Made by a program: the position numbers and the translations under genes
Notes under the pieces: generated by a model
The model's database searches: none
Seen by the model: the letters and a program-made list of their open reading frames with translations, nothing else
Told to the model about the DNA's origin: nothing
Part shown: piece by piece, positions 12,465 to 24,350 of the stretch
How the letters are laid out: every line of letters begins with the position of its first letter
Position numbering within the stretch: the stretch's first letter is position 1
Source: Rhina ancylostomus
Taxonomy: Eukaryota
Direction of reading: 5' to 3'
NCBI GenBank assembly: GCA_030265395.1
Contig: JARFYF010000055.1
Span: 20,214,896-20,278,895 of the forward strand
DNA: 64,000 bases

Positions 12465-13140
12465 AAAGTGTATAATCATCCACCTTCAACTTCAGTGGAA
12501 TACCATCATGGTGATGGAGAACTCAATCAATGTCACAGGGATCCATATTGAACAGAAACCCACAGGACCAAACCACATAAATACTGTGGCCACAAGAGCA
12601 GGTCATACGCTGTGTATCCTGCAGCCAGTGGCACACCTCCTGACACCACAACATTTTTCCACCGGCAACAAGGTACATTTTGGTAGAATACTCTCCACTT
12701 GCCTGCATCAGTGCTCAAGAGGCTCAACATCATCAAGGACAAAGCAGCCCAGTTGACTGGTACCCCATTGTCCACCCTAAATATACACTCTGCCCCACCA
12801 CTGGTGTAACATCTACAAAATGCAATGAAATTACTCATCTAGGCTACTCCAGTAACACCTCCCAACCCCATTACATCTGCCACCAAGAAGGGCTTCAGCT
12901 GACCATGAAAATCACCATCTGCATATCACCCTCAATCCATCATACCTTCATGATTTGAAAATATATTTCCAGTCCTTCATCATCACTGATTCTAAATCCT
13001 GGAACTTCCTCCCCAACAGCACAGTAAGAATACATTCACCAGAAGGTCCACAGCTGTTCAAGAAGGCAGTTCATCACACCTTCTCACGGATGGGCAATAA
13101 ATGCTGCCCTTACCAGTTCACCAGAAATGAATAAATGAAA
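12465..13140 (+). mobile_element. CR1/L2-group LINE 3' fragment
   Basis: ORF-track peptide INVTGIHIEQKPTGPNHINTVATRAGHTLCILQPVAHLL is a post-RT LINE motif; tail GGATGGGCAATAAATGCTGCCCTT. Confidence 0.8.
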
Positions 13141-13371
13141 ACAAATGTAATCATCATAACATCAACTTTGCCCAACAGTATGAACAGATAAATCCTCACT
13201 ATGGTTTAATCGTGTAAAATAAAGAAAAGTTATTCCTTCCACAGCTTCCCAACCCTTTCATATTCATGAACATTTCCCTTTCTCCATAATAACTCCTTTT
13301 GGGATTTGGTTTCCAGCTTGTAATAGCCCTCCAGGAAACATCCAAACAGCCATTCTTTATAAGAAAACTAT

Positions 13372-15245
13372 GACACTGAGTGCCATAAATATAATGCTAA
13401 GGGATTAGATGGGGCAGAATTTGTTAAGTGTGTCCAGGAAAGTTTTCTCAAGCAATACGTAGATGGCCCAACTAGAGAGGGGGCAACACTTGACCTCCTC
13501 TTTGGAAATGAGGCTGAGCAAGAGGCTAAAGTTGTCATNNNNNNNNNNNNNNNNNNNNNNNNNNNNNNNNNNNNNNNNNNNNNNNNNNNNNNNNNNNNNN
13601 NNNNNNNNNNNNNNNNNNNNNNNNNNNNNNNNNNNNNNNNNNNNNNNNNNNNNNNNNNNNNNNNNNNNNNNNNNNNNNNNNNNNNNNNNNNNNNNNNNNN
13701 NNNNNNNNNNNNNNNNNNNNNNNNNNNNNNNNNNNNNNNNNNNNNNNNNNNNNNNNNNNNNNNNNNNNNNNNNNNNNNNNNNNNNNNNNNNNNNNNNNNN
13801 NNNNNNNNNNNNNNNNNNNNNNNNNNNNNNNNNNNNNNNNNNNNNNNNNNNNNNNNNNNNNNNNNNNNNNNNNNNNNNNNNNNNNNNNNNNNNNNNNNNN
13901 NNNNNNNNNNNNNNNNNNNNNNNNNNNNNNNNNNNNNNNNNNNNNNNNNNNNNNNNNNNNNNNNNNTAAGAGTAAAAGGGTACCTAGGGAGAGAATAGTT
14001 CCCCTTAAGGATCAGTGTGGCCATCTATGTGTGGAGATGGGTGAAGTCATAAATGAATACTTCTTATCTGTATTTACCATGGAGAAGGTCGTGGAAGCTA
14101 TGGAATTCAGGGAAGAGAATAGCAATGTCCTGAAACATATCAATATTACAAAAGAGGAGGTGTGGGCAGTCTTGAGTTGTATAAAGGTGGATAAATCCTT
14201 GGGGCCTGGTAAATCCCACTTGCATTTTTTGACTATTTGGATGAGAATGTAGGTGACACAATTAGCAAATTTGCAGATGGCACCAATATTGGTGGTGTGG
14301 TGGATAGTGAAGGTTGTTTAAGGTTACAGCAGTATCTAGATCAACTGGGAAAGTGGGCAAAGGAATGGACTATAGAATTTAACTCTGACGTGTGTGAAGT
14401 AATGTATTTTGGGAAGTTAAACCAGGGAAGGATATACACAGTAAATGACAGGGCACTAGGGAGTGTTGTAGAATGGAGAGACCTGGGGATATAAGTACAC
14501 ACAGTCATTCCCTGAAAATGGCAACACAGTGAGACAAAGTAATGAAGGCATATGATATGCTTGCCTTATTGGATGAGAGAGAGTAAAAATTTGGGATGTC
14601 ATGTTACAGTTGTACAAGACATTGGTGAGATCACACCTGGAATATTTTGTGTAGTTCTGGTCACCACACTATAGGAAGGATGTGATTAAGCTAAAGAGTG
14701 CAGAAAAGATTCACAAGGATGTTGCTGGAGTTGCCAGGAGAGACTAGATTGGTTGGGTCTGTTTTCCCTGGGGTGAAGAAGACTGATAGGTGAACTTCTA
14801 GAGGTTTATTAAATCATAAGGTAGACTTATTCCCAGGGTAGTGGAGTCTTAAACTCAAGAGCATAGGTTTAAGGTGAGAGGGAAAAGATTAAAGGGGACC
14901 AGAGGGGCATGTTTTTCACACAGAGGGTATCTGGGACTAGCTGTCAAAGGAAGTGGTGGAGGTGGGTACAACTGCAACATCTAAAAGATATTTGGACTGG
15001 TACACGGATAGGAAAGAGTTAGTGATATGGGCCCAATGTAGGCAAATGGGACGAGCACAAGAAGGCACCTTGGTCAGAATCAGGCTTATTATCACTGACA
15101 TATGCCATGAAATTTGTTGTTTTGCAGCACAGTGCAAGACATAAAAATGACTAAGTTATAAAAATAGTGCAAAAGAGGAATAACAATGAAGTGTTCATGG
15201 ACTGTTGGGGCCAAAGGGTCTGTTTCTGTGCTATATAACTCTGTG
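13372..15245 (+). mobile_element. CR1 LINE ORF2 relic (APE endonuclease end, RT C-terminal half, 3'UTR) with internal deletion
   Basis: KGLDGAEFVKCVQESFLKQYVDGPTREGATLDLLFGNE (EN); EMGEVINEYFLSVFTMEK...IKVDKSLGP; ISKFADGTNIGGVVDSEGCLRLQQYLDQLGKWAKEW (RT); 3'UTR GGGCCAAAGGGTCTGTTTCTGTGCT. Contains stops and frameshifts. Confidence 0.93.
15077..15200 (-). mobile_element. Rex1/Babar 3' tail nested in the CR1 3'UTR
   Basis: GAATCAGGCTTATTATCACTGACATATGCCATGAAATTTGTTGTT is the reverse complement of the tail at ~36440-36485. Confidence 0.8.
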
Positions 15246-16018
15246 CCAGTAGGCAACTAAACTGTATTGTTCCAGTTAAATCTAATCCTGTCCTTGCCTG
15301 GTATCTACCTATGCACTTTCCAGCAGGGGAAATGCTTCTGAAATTTAAAGTTCTAGAGGGCCCATCTCATTCTTTTTAAATTCATCTCAACATATGCAGA
15401 GCAATCAAAAGCAAGTTTGTTGATTTCATGGAGGGCATGTCAATATGTCAGTTTATCCAATAGTAATAACAAACGGCTGCAAAAGTGTGCAAAGAATGCT
15501 AATCCAGCCAGACACAAGCAAGTGCATAAACATAACTGAATAATGGGTATAACACCATAGTGCTCCTGGATGCATTTCAGGAAAACGTGGATTTGTGGGT
15601 GGTTTCCCACATTTTTCTGAAGAGACATTCTGACATTTTGCCTGTGGTCCACACTTGTATCACATTGATTACTTTGAACATATTTCATATATAAGCTCCT
15701 ACTTATACCCGTTATGTAACATATTGGTATCACTTTCAGAATTTTCATGTAATCAGATGCTATCCGCGTGCAACATTCTAAAGTCTGTCCGCCTCTGGAA
15801 GAAAACTATGGTAAGAATACTCCCTGATGCAATAAGATTTTATGGGCAATCCCTGGTTTTCTAAAGGGTTCCATTCCTGAGAACTGATTATTATCTTCCC
15901 CTGTGTAATTACAATGGCACAGAATCAGAATGAACTACATCCAGTGACTAGTTTTGATGGCCTTAAAGCATCAATGAATGTTACATCATTTGATAAAGTG
16001 TTTTACCAGTGTCAATAG

Positions 16019-16252
16019 AAGAGATTTACCTTGCCAGTTTTCAAAGTAAATCTCTTAAGTGGCCTCCCGCAGTGAACCGGCAACTGCATTTTTCAAGACA
16101 ATGTATCTGGTTGATTACTGCGGGAAGGTTACATGCAAACATTTTTTTTTTGAAGACTGGTTCTCTTTTGAATTAACTAGCTGCTACCCCTATACCATAA
16201 CTCCTGAAGATGTCTGCATTTCTGTAACTATTTTTCCTGTCTTGAAAAATGC
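16019..16252. repeat. Nested inverted-repeat (multi-hairpin) element, unclassified
   Basis: Inverted pairs 16019-16029/16046-16056 (11 bp perfect), 16065-16073/16117-16125 (9 bp perfect) and 16086-16100/16238-16252 (15 bp perfect). Confidence 0.85.
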
Positions 16253-16579
16253 TTTATAATTATATGGGAGAATTTGTGTAACATTGGATTTCTGTAAGTC
16301 AGATCTTTAACCCCAGGAGCCCCTGTATTTAGCAAAGTACCCTTGTATTTCATTTGATTTATCAACTATTTTCCCAAATTCTAGAGGTTAAAAGAGAGAA
16401 ATTGAGAAGATTAAATCTAATATTAATTCTGAAACTGAATAATTGTTCTCAGTGTCCTAAACAAAGGAGGGGGTGAATGCTCAATTATTGACTATATTCA
16501 AGGCAGATAGCAATAACACTGTGGAATAGTGGAACAGTCTCAGTCTACAACTGCTTCTAATTCCTTCTGTACTTATGGA

Positions 16580-16765
16580 TACACAAGAAACTGCAGATGC
16601 TGAAAATCAGAGCAAGCAGCATCTATGGGGGAAGGAACTGTTGATATTCCAGGTTGAGAGCCTGCATCAGGACATCGTGAACAAAAACATCAACAATTCC
16701 TCCCCCCGCCACACAAATGCTGCTTGACTCACTGTTCCTCCAGCAGATTTTGTTGCTCCTTCTGC
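16580..16765. mobile_element. Penelope-like pseudo-LTR foldback with degenerate hammerhead motif
   Basis: ACACAAGAAACTGCAGATGCTG...GCAGCATCTATGGG...CCTGCATCAGGAC followed by the inverted arm ACATCAACAATTCC...ATGCTGCTTGAC...TTCCTCCAGCAG. Confidence 0.7.
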
Positions 16766-17629
16766 ATTTATGTTGAGCCCAAAACTCTACCTTCTGGTGC
16801 TTTAGTGGATGTCATCAAATTGAACACATCAAGAAACAGTATGGAAGTCAGCAGCCCAGTGTGGAAAACCAGTGCCAAAGACTTGTACCTTTCAATCACC
16901 CTTGCCTACAAATACCTGTTGAATTATCTCTTATGTTTTCCCTTATGATTTGCCTACACTATCTCTCTAGATTCATTAGCAACCTTTTGGATCAAGTAGT
17001 TAAATCTAACCCATCTGTACACTCTTCCTCTGCTAACTTAGAACCCAAGTCTCCTGGGTTTAGAGCTTCCTGGGGATCACTGCTCCTTTAAGTATTTGCA
17101 CATTTATTTTCCTGAAGCCTTCTCCAGTCTTTCAAGCTTTTCACCATTTCTCAAAATCCATACCTCAGATTTCAGAACTCAACTACCTACATGGTTTCCA
17201 GCACTTGATACCTTGTGGTCATATGGTGACTATAATTTTAAACAGCACTCCAGCTCTGGCCATTAACAGATCAGTTTCCTCTTACCAAAATCCAGTCAAC
17301 TTTTCTCATTACTGCTGTTTATCATGTTTCAGTCTCAAGCTTCAGTGCCAACACCCCAAAGGGATCATTAGCAATCAGCATTAAAGCAGCACATGCAGTG
17401 TCTTCATTACTGGAGAAGCAGTACTGTTAATTACCCAGTTTGTCAAATCCTGCTGTATTGGACTCCTGTAAGTAACTGACCAAATTCTCAATGGACACTG
17501 TCTCATAGGAATGTGATGCCACAGTAGTTGTATCAATAGTGCACAAACACACTGTACTCTTGCCACAGCTGCCATAATGCTTTGTTATTGTGGCTATCTG
17601 TGGGTAACAGGAATAAGTATCAATGAAAC

Positions 17630-19085
17630 TTTAAAAACTGCAGATACTGGAAATCTGAAATAAAGACAGAAAATGGTAGTTTGCCACTCTGTTAGATCTG
17701 GGAAAGAGAATGTACATTAGCTTTAATTTGCGGAAAAACTTGGTGGGGTGGAAGAAGTTAGAGGTGCGATGGATAGAACATTATAGCACAATATAGGCCC
17801 TTCGGCCCATGATGTTGATAAGAGCGAGGGAATCTCTCTAAGGTGAGTACAGGGTTGCCATCAGGATAAAGTTGAAGAGCTCAGCCCGTCAACAGATTAA
17901 TGAGAAGGAGGTAGAGGGAAAGAAACTGGGGGAAAAAAAGGCAACTCGAGTGAAAATAAAAACAACAGAATGTAAAAAGTTGTGAAGTCCAAAAGTGTGG
18001 TACATGCCTAACAAGTAATGCTGTGGTAATGAAGAGAACAAACACTGAGCCAATATCACACATGGATAACTTGCAGCAGAGTGGACCAATTCAGGTACAA
18101 ACAAAGAAAGCAAATTACTTGAAATTGTAAAATTCAAAATTGAGTCTAGAAGTCTGCAACATGCCCAGGTGAAAGATGAGATACTGTTTCTGAAGTTTAT
18201 ATTAGGCATTGTTATACTGATAGAAGAGGCCACAGGTAGATAGGTCAAAGTGGGAGTGATGGAAAATTAAAGTAGCAGACAACAGGGAGCTCTCCCCTGT
18301 TGACTAAATACAGGTGCTCTGCCAAGTGGTCACCCAATCTGCAACTGGCTTCTCCCATGTAGAGGAGACCACATTGTGAAAGTCAAATGCAGTGCACTCA
18401 AAGTGAAAAGGTGAAAGTGAACTGCTGCCTCACCTGGAAGGACTGCTTGGATCCCAGGATAGTAGGGAGGGAAGAGGTGACATCTCCTGCAGCTGCATGG
18501 GAATCTGCCAAAAGAAAGAATGGTGGATTGGAAGGGGAAAACAGACTAGGGATTCATAAGTGAAATGGTCACTTTGCTGAAAGAGGAGAAAGGGAATAAT
18601 GTGCCTGGGAGCAGAACCTTGTTCAAGCTGGCCAATATTATGAAGGAGGAGCTGTTGAATGCAAAGGCTGGTGGGGTGGAAGGTAAGGACCAGGGGAATT
18701 CTGTTCCTGTTCTGTCCAGGAGGAAAAAGATAAGGGAAATAGATGAGATGTAGTCAGAGGTTCTGTCCAGTATGGTAGCAGAGAGGCCATCGATCAGGAA
18801 TAAGGAAGACATCTCAAAGGCACTTGTGTGTGATGTCTCTTTATCAGAGAAAATACAATGGAAATGGAGGAGCTGAAAGAATGGAATGGAATCCTTACAG
18901 GAAGTAGTGTGGGCGGAAGGATAATGTGTGCTGTGGGAGCCTGTAGGTTAGTAATGCATGCTTGTCACTTTCCCCTGAGATGGAAGGGTTCAGAAAGGGA
19001 AGGACATGCCAGAGATGCAGATGTGAGGGTGGGAGCAGGGTGGAAAATGGCAACACAAGAAATGAAAGGCAGCTGTTTTTCAAAA
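17630..19085 (-). mobile_element. Penelope-like retroelement relic (RT thumb + GIY-YIG endonuclease + terminal repeat)
   Basis: Minus-strand translation gives VLPFLNPSISG and HTTSCKDSIP (RT thumb), VHCI*LSQCGLLYMGEASCRLGDHLAEHL (GIY-YIG, ~18310-18400) and LQKQYLIFHLGMLQTSRLNFEF (C-terminus, ~18130-18195); terminal CTGCAGATACTGGAAATCTGAAATAAA. Confidence 0.9.
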
Positions 19086-20529
19086 TAACCACAGCATCTA
19101 GCAACTTAGATTGGCACATCCATGTCACAACAGATGCAAAAGGCCTTCAGGGGTGGCGTTATTGATTGATTATTGCATCCTGTGATTACACAGTGTGACC
19201 GTGTCCCCACAGCTTTAGTCAAAGCCAATAAACTGGCCTTGCGGCCCCATTGGCATTAATGGCATCTGTCACCTAGTGTCCATTACTGACTGACGTGACA
19301 GTATGTGTCTCAGCATATTGTGCTTGTTTCAGGATTACAGCAGCTGCATTCTAGTAGCTGCCAAACACTGCAGAGGCAGATTTTTAAAATTGCTTCCAGT
19401 CCACTGAAAGCATAATTGATTTTGTCAATTACAGCATTCACTGAATCAAAAGAGAAGTCTGGCACATTCTTTCAATTCGTATGCAATTAAAATCAAATTA
19501 AGGGTGCTGAACAGATTTGTAGCATTTCCACTACGTCTGGCATCAGCAAGAGGTCTGTTCGTACTGCTTTAGAGCCTTGTGTCAGTACCTTATTGTGATA
19601 AAGACTTGCTGATAATTATCTTTACTTTCCTGGATTGTGTTTTAGCTTGTAAGCCTGATTGCATCTCTGTTGTAACCTACAATTGTTTAGAATGTGCATG
19701 AATAGAAAGGCCACCTGTGTGTTTTTTTTAAATGCTCAATCAATTGCCATAATTCCTTGAATATCACTCAATTTTCTTTTGCCAAAATTGTCCAGGTATG
19801 AAGGTTACATATTGAATAGGAATATTAAATGGAAACCAGGAGACTTAAATGTGAGAAATTGAATTTTTATTAAATTGAGTGAATTGCAGCACACAATTTA
19901 CTGGGTAACAATAACAAAAAATGCAGTCATAAATGGAAAAAGTATCGGTAAGACTTAGATTTTGCACCTTTTGTACAGAACATGTAGGACAGTATGATTT
20001 AAGTTTTCCGTGATGTCCACATAATTATTGTTGACATAATTGCCATATTGTACCCAAGCGAGCCAGGTCTTTAGACCACCTATCCCTCTCTCTTTACTGT
20101 CCATAGACATTATCTTCAGTGCTATTCATGATATAGTTGTAGCTTTTCAGGAATCTGTCTAATTTAAGAACAGTCTTTCTGGGGGGGGGGGGGGGAAGGG
20201 GGGAGTTTCCTTTTATGCTTGAATGTCCAGGCAGTGCTCCGTTAGATGGTCACACACATCCCACTTTAATCATGTATTGACTGTCATTGTTTTGTTCACT
20301 GCTGCTTCAGCTATTGAAATTTGCAGATTCTTCTTGTAATAATACAAGAAATAAAGGTAAAAGGAATTTGGCTCTTTTGGTCTGCACAATTCAATAAGAT
20401 CCTTTTTCTCATCCATTTTCCACTTTTATCCCAATTTCTACACTAAGTTATGGTTAAAGAGATGGAAAGAGTCATCAACAGTACTATCAAATGCTCCTTG
20501 TATACTAATAACCTGAGTTTTTACCAGAA

Positions 20530-21545
20530 CCACTCACTTCCAGACATCATCAGTTCCTAAGACTAAACGTGGACAAAAGTATCAAAATCCAAAGTGGAGA
20601 GTGACTGCTCTTGATGTCAAAGAGAGCACTTGACCAAATGGGACACCAAGGAGATTTAATAAAACTGAAGTCAATACAATTGAAAACTCCACTTTCTGGA
20701 ATTGGGTTGTTGAAGATCGCTCATCCCTGCCCCAGGACATCACTGTAAGACTGCCTCAGAGTAATGTTCTGGGTGCAGCCGTCTTCAGCTACTTCATCAA
20801 TGACCTTCCTTCCATTACAAGATCACAAGTTGGAATGTTTGTAGAAATTTGCTTAGAATTTATTTTAATTTGCAGTTCCTCAGACAATGAAGTAGCTTGT
20901 GTCTGCATGCTGCAAGACCATGCATGGGTTGAAAAGTAGCAAGTAACATTTTTGCCATGCATGTGTCAAACAGTGACCATCTCCAGCAAGAGAGAATTAG
21001 CTCACCAACACCCGACACTTAATGCTATCGGGCAGGAGGTAGAGAAGCCTGGAGTCCCACACCACCAGGTTCAAGAACAGCTGCTTCCCTTCAACCATTC
21101 GGTTCTTGAACCAACCTGTACAACCTTCATCACTTACCTCCATTATTAGCAACACTATGACCACTTTGCACCACAGTGAATGTTGTTTTATTTTGTTCTA
21201 ATTGTGCTCTTTCTTGTAACACAAATTGTGTATAGTTTATGTTTTTCTTGTGATTATTGTGTATCTGATGTTATGTGCCAGTGATGCTGCTGCAAGTAGG
21301 ACTTTCATTGTGCATACATGTACCTGTGCATATGACAAACTCGACTTTGATTAATGATATTCAGATCACTGATACTTCCATCATCAATATCCATGGGATC
21401 ATCATTGACCAAAGGATTAACTAGAGCAACATTATTTTAACATAAATGCTTTGACGACACAAGAGCAGGTTTGAGGCTGAGCATTCCATAGTGGCTCACC
21501 TTCTGACTCCACAAAGCCTTTACAAAAGGCACCAATCAGGAGTGT
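20530..21545 (+). mobile_element. CR1/L2-group LINE RT fragment (interrupted by Rex1/Babar)
   Basis: RVTALDVK and QDITVRLPQSNVLGAAVFSYFINDLPSITRSQVGMF are RT core motifs; resumes at ~21351 with ...ACAAGAGCAGGT... matching 12590-12605. Confidence 0.8.
21029..21350 (+). mobile_element. Rex1/Babar LINE 3' end
   Basis: GRR*RSLESHTTRFKNSCFPSTIRFLN C-terminal motif plus 3'UTR; flanked by TTAATGCTAT / TTAATGATAT. Confidence 0.85.
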
Positions 21546-21865
21546 AATGGACCTTCATGGGCAAAACAGTCAGAAGCATATGGATGAAGCTGCATTTGAG
21601 GTTATAGGTAAGAGATCAGTGAGGACAAGGAAGGTAGATGACTGTGAGCCCATTAAATATTATAATTTCAGGGGAAATTGGATAGGTAAAACCTGGCTGT
21701 TCTGTGTACTTTGTAATCAAAATGTAGAAAGGCTGATGGTCCCATACTATTCCTTGTGGATTACTGCAAGGTGAATAGATTTTTCTGGAGATCCTGGTAG
21801 GATTTTTGTTGGCATTCTAAAAGAATTCTGGAAAAGTAGAAAGCTTGTAGTCTTATGTAGAGTAA

Positions 21866-21906
21866 TAATGGTGACAACTACACAATTAATGGTGACAACT
21901 ACACAA
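21866..21906. repeat. 21-bp tandem duplication
   Basis: TAATGGTGACAACTACACAA(T) occurs twice in tandem. Confidence 0.95.
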
Positions 21907-23046
21907 CTCCAGTTGCTGTCAGAGTCTTGCTGTCCTTTTCCTAGGGTGCATACCAACAGAAATGTGAGTGCAAGTGACCTTTGAACAGTATTTATAGAGA
22001 AGATGAGATCAAAATTGTTTTTGTTGTACTAATTCAAATCAAATTGTTATAATTGTCAAATTGGCAAAGGGCAAGTTGCTGACCAAGAGTGGTGGTCCCT
22101 TTCACCTGACATGAGGTTGTTTTCCTCAAAGGATACCGACATTTGTAGGTTTAGCCTGAGATTTGTCTCTGAGCTCAAGTTATACAACCTCATTTGGGGC
22201 TGCCACTGGGCCATCCTGTGTATTTTTGTTTGAACCTTGCAATTACTTAATTTGTTTGTAATTAGTACCAAACAAATATTACTCCACTTCATTGTCTTAA
22301 GTCAGTTTTGCAGAATGCACATTGAATATTTTAATAGTTACAAAACCAAAGGATTGGGTAAGACCTTGATTCAATGTGTTACTGTAGTTTCATAGGCATC
22401 ATGGTTCAACTTCTGTGTGTGTGTGTGTTGGTCATGTTATCCACGGGAGTAAATTCTAATTTAAGATTCCTGGTACAGATTTTATTGTGTGTAACCAAAT
22501 GAAATCAACCTTGGAAAACAAAATTTCGTGTACTTAAAATATTTTAAAAGGAACTGAAATTTCTACATTAAGAAGTAACTATTTCAGAGGAAAATTCATT
22601 TCAAAGATGATTGTTGATATGCACTTAATTTTCTTTAAGCAATGATAAAACTCATAAACTATTCAGTGCAGATATTCAAATACCTGCTTAGAAATCTTAT
22701 CCAATGACCTTAATACGTCAGAATGAATGGCCATTTACTTTATTTTTATATGGGTGTGTACATATAAAGTTGCCCATCCAACAATCCATCACAACGTTAG
22801 ACAATAGTTCACCAGCTCCTAAGCTCAGCCATGTGCAGGGCCACACTTGCAGCTGATGCTGCAAGTCCACCCATGTTCCCAAATCCTGGCTCAGGTCACA
22901 CACCTGGCAAACATTACCGAGGCTCAAACCTTCCTCGAAGAAGTGNNNNNNNNNNNNNNNNNNNNNNNNNNNNNNNNNNNNNNNNNNNNNNNNNNNNNNN
23001 NNNNNNNNNNNNNNNNNNNNNNNNNNNNNNNNNNNNNNNNNNNNNA

Positions 23047-23165
23047 GTTTGGTGGGATGAGAGCAGGCTGAAGTAATTGGTCTGCATGCATAGTCCTGCT
23101 TGTGGATCTTGGACAGAAGGTAGAAGCAACTGTGAGGGGTTGGGACACTGCAAGGCTGGAAGCTG
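23047..23165 (-). mobile_element. Penelope-like RT N-terminal fragment
   Basis: PTPHSCFYLLSKIHKQDYACRPITSACSHPT matches the PLE RT motif FYxLPKIHK...RPIVS; abuts a gap. Confidence 0.85.
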
Positions 23166-23189
23166 TGCATCAGTAGTTAATTAATAGTT

Positions 23190-24350
23190 TCTACACTATT
23201 CCAATTTAGTTATTTTATCCTTGGAACCAATATCTGTTGTTCTAGGTTCATATGTATTTTTCACGTCTTTTCTCACAAGCACTGTTTTAGTATGATCTCT
23301 GTTGCATAATTCTTTCAAATGTGTTCTCTTCTCTGCAATGTGGAGAATAATTCTAAATGTCAATTCCTTCAAGAGACTTGCTTTCTTGGGCATTGGTTTT
23401 GTGATGTTTTGACTTTTAGTTTAAGCAGCATCAAAGGTACTTACTCACTGTATTGCCAAGTCCAACTTGTTTGTTTGAAATTTTGATGGTAAATTGGCTT
23501 TTCACAACCGTTGTTATTCTTTCCACTCTGGACTAAATTCCTGGCTGGCATTTTTCTACTTGTCCTTGGAGCCCTAACTATAAATGTATAGTCTGACCCA
23601 ACAAAATTAAATGTTAAATGTATTGTAAGTTTCAACATTCCTAATGCTGTTTTTCTTTTTCCATACTAAGATGCAATCCAGCTGGACTTTCTTACCATTT
23701 GGGGATTTGTATGCTCAAAGTTTTCCAAATTTCATGGCAATATTATTATTTGTAGACCAGAAACTGAGTTCCATATTGAATAATATTTCTCTGAAGCTTT
23801 CTCCAACCTGCTCTCTTTGACCATTTCTTACAACACGTTGCTCAGATTCCATTATCACGGCATTTGCATTGCCTCCAGTACCTGGATGTCTATTTTGTTT
23901 GCATAAAACATGAATTTTTCTCGAGTTGGTTGGGGTGTAGTACTTTATTTTATCAACTATTGTTTTTCCAGAGAACATTGAAACAGATATCCCTACTATT
24001 AATTACCCTTACATATTGAACATATTTTCCTAAATACAGAATTAGTTCTTGTATCTTTTCTTTTGCTGGATCTGTAACCAAATCCATCCATTATGAAGAT
24101 CCTAGTATATCACTTCTTCACTCTTCTAACTAAAGACAATGTCCCTATAAACATATATTGCATGAATATCATATAACTGTGCCACCTCTTTTGTAGAAGT
24201 TGCATTATTATCCTTTTTCAGGAATTTAATATTGGTTTTCTAATCTCCTTCAGATATAGCCATTTTCCCAATATGTTGATGAGATTTGCATCATCAAATA
24301 TTTTAGATATTATCACGCTATAGACCAGAATAAGGTCTTGGCCAATTCAA
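23190..24350 (-). mobile_element. Very old CR1-like LINE ORF2 relic
   Basis: Scattered, correctly ordered minus-strand motifs KIFDDANL (FADD-like), ENMFN, MELSFWS (VQFWSP-like) and LLKEL...EKR; highly diverged. Confidence 0.4.

Noticed and set aside
14031-14494. RT-like ORFs as a functional gene
   Set aside because: Frameshifted CR1 ORF2 fragments with a mutated catalytic motif (FADG) and deleted domains.
20181-20203. G-rich tract (also 46297-46318) as a functional G-quadruplex
   Set aside because: Simple homopolymer runs are common and error-prone; nothing else supports function.
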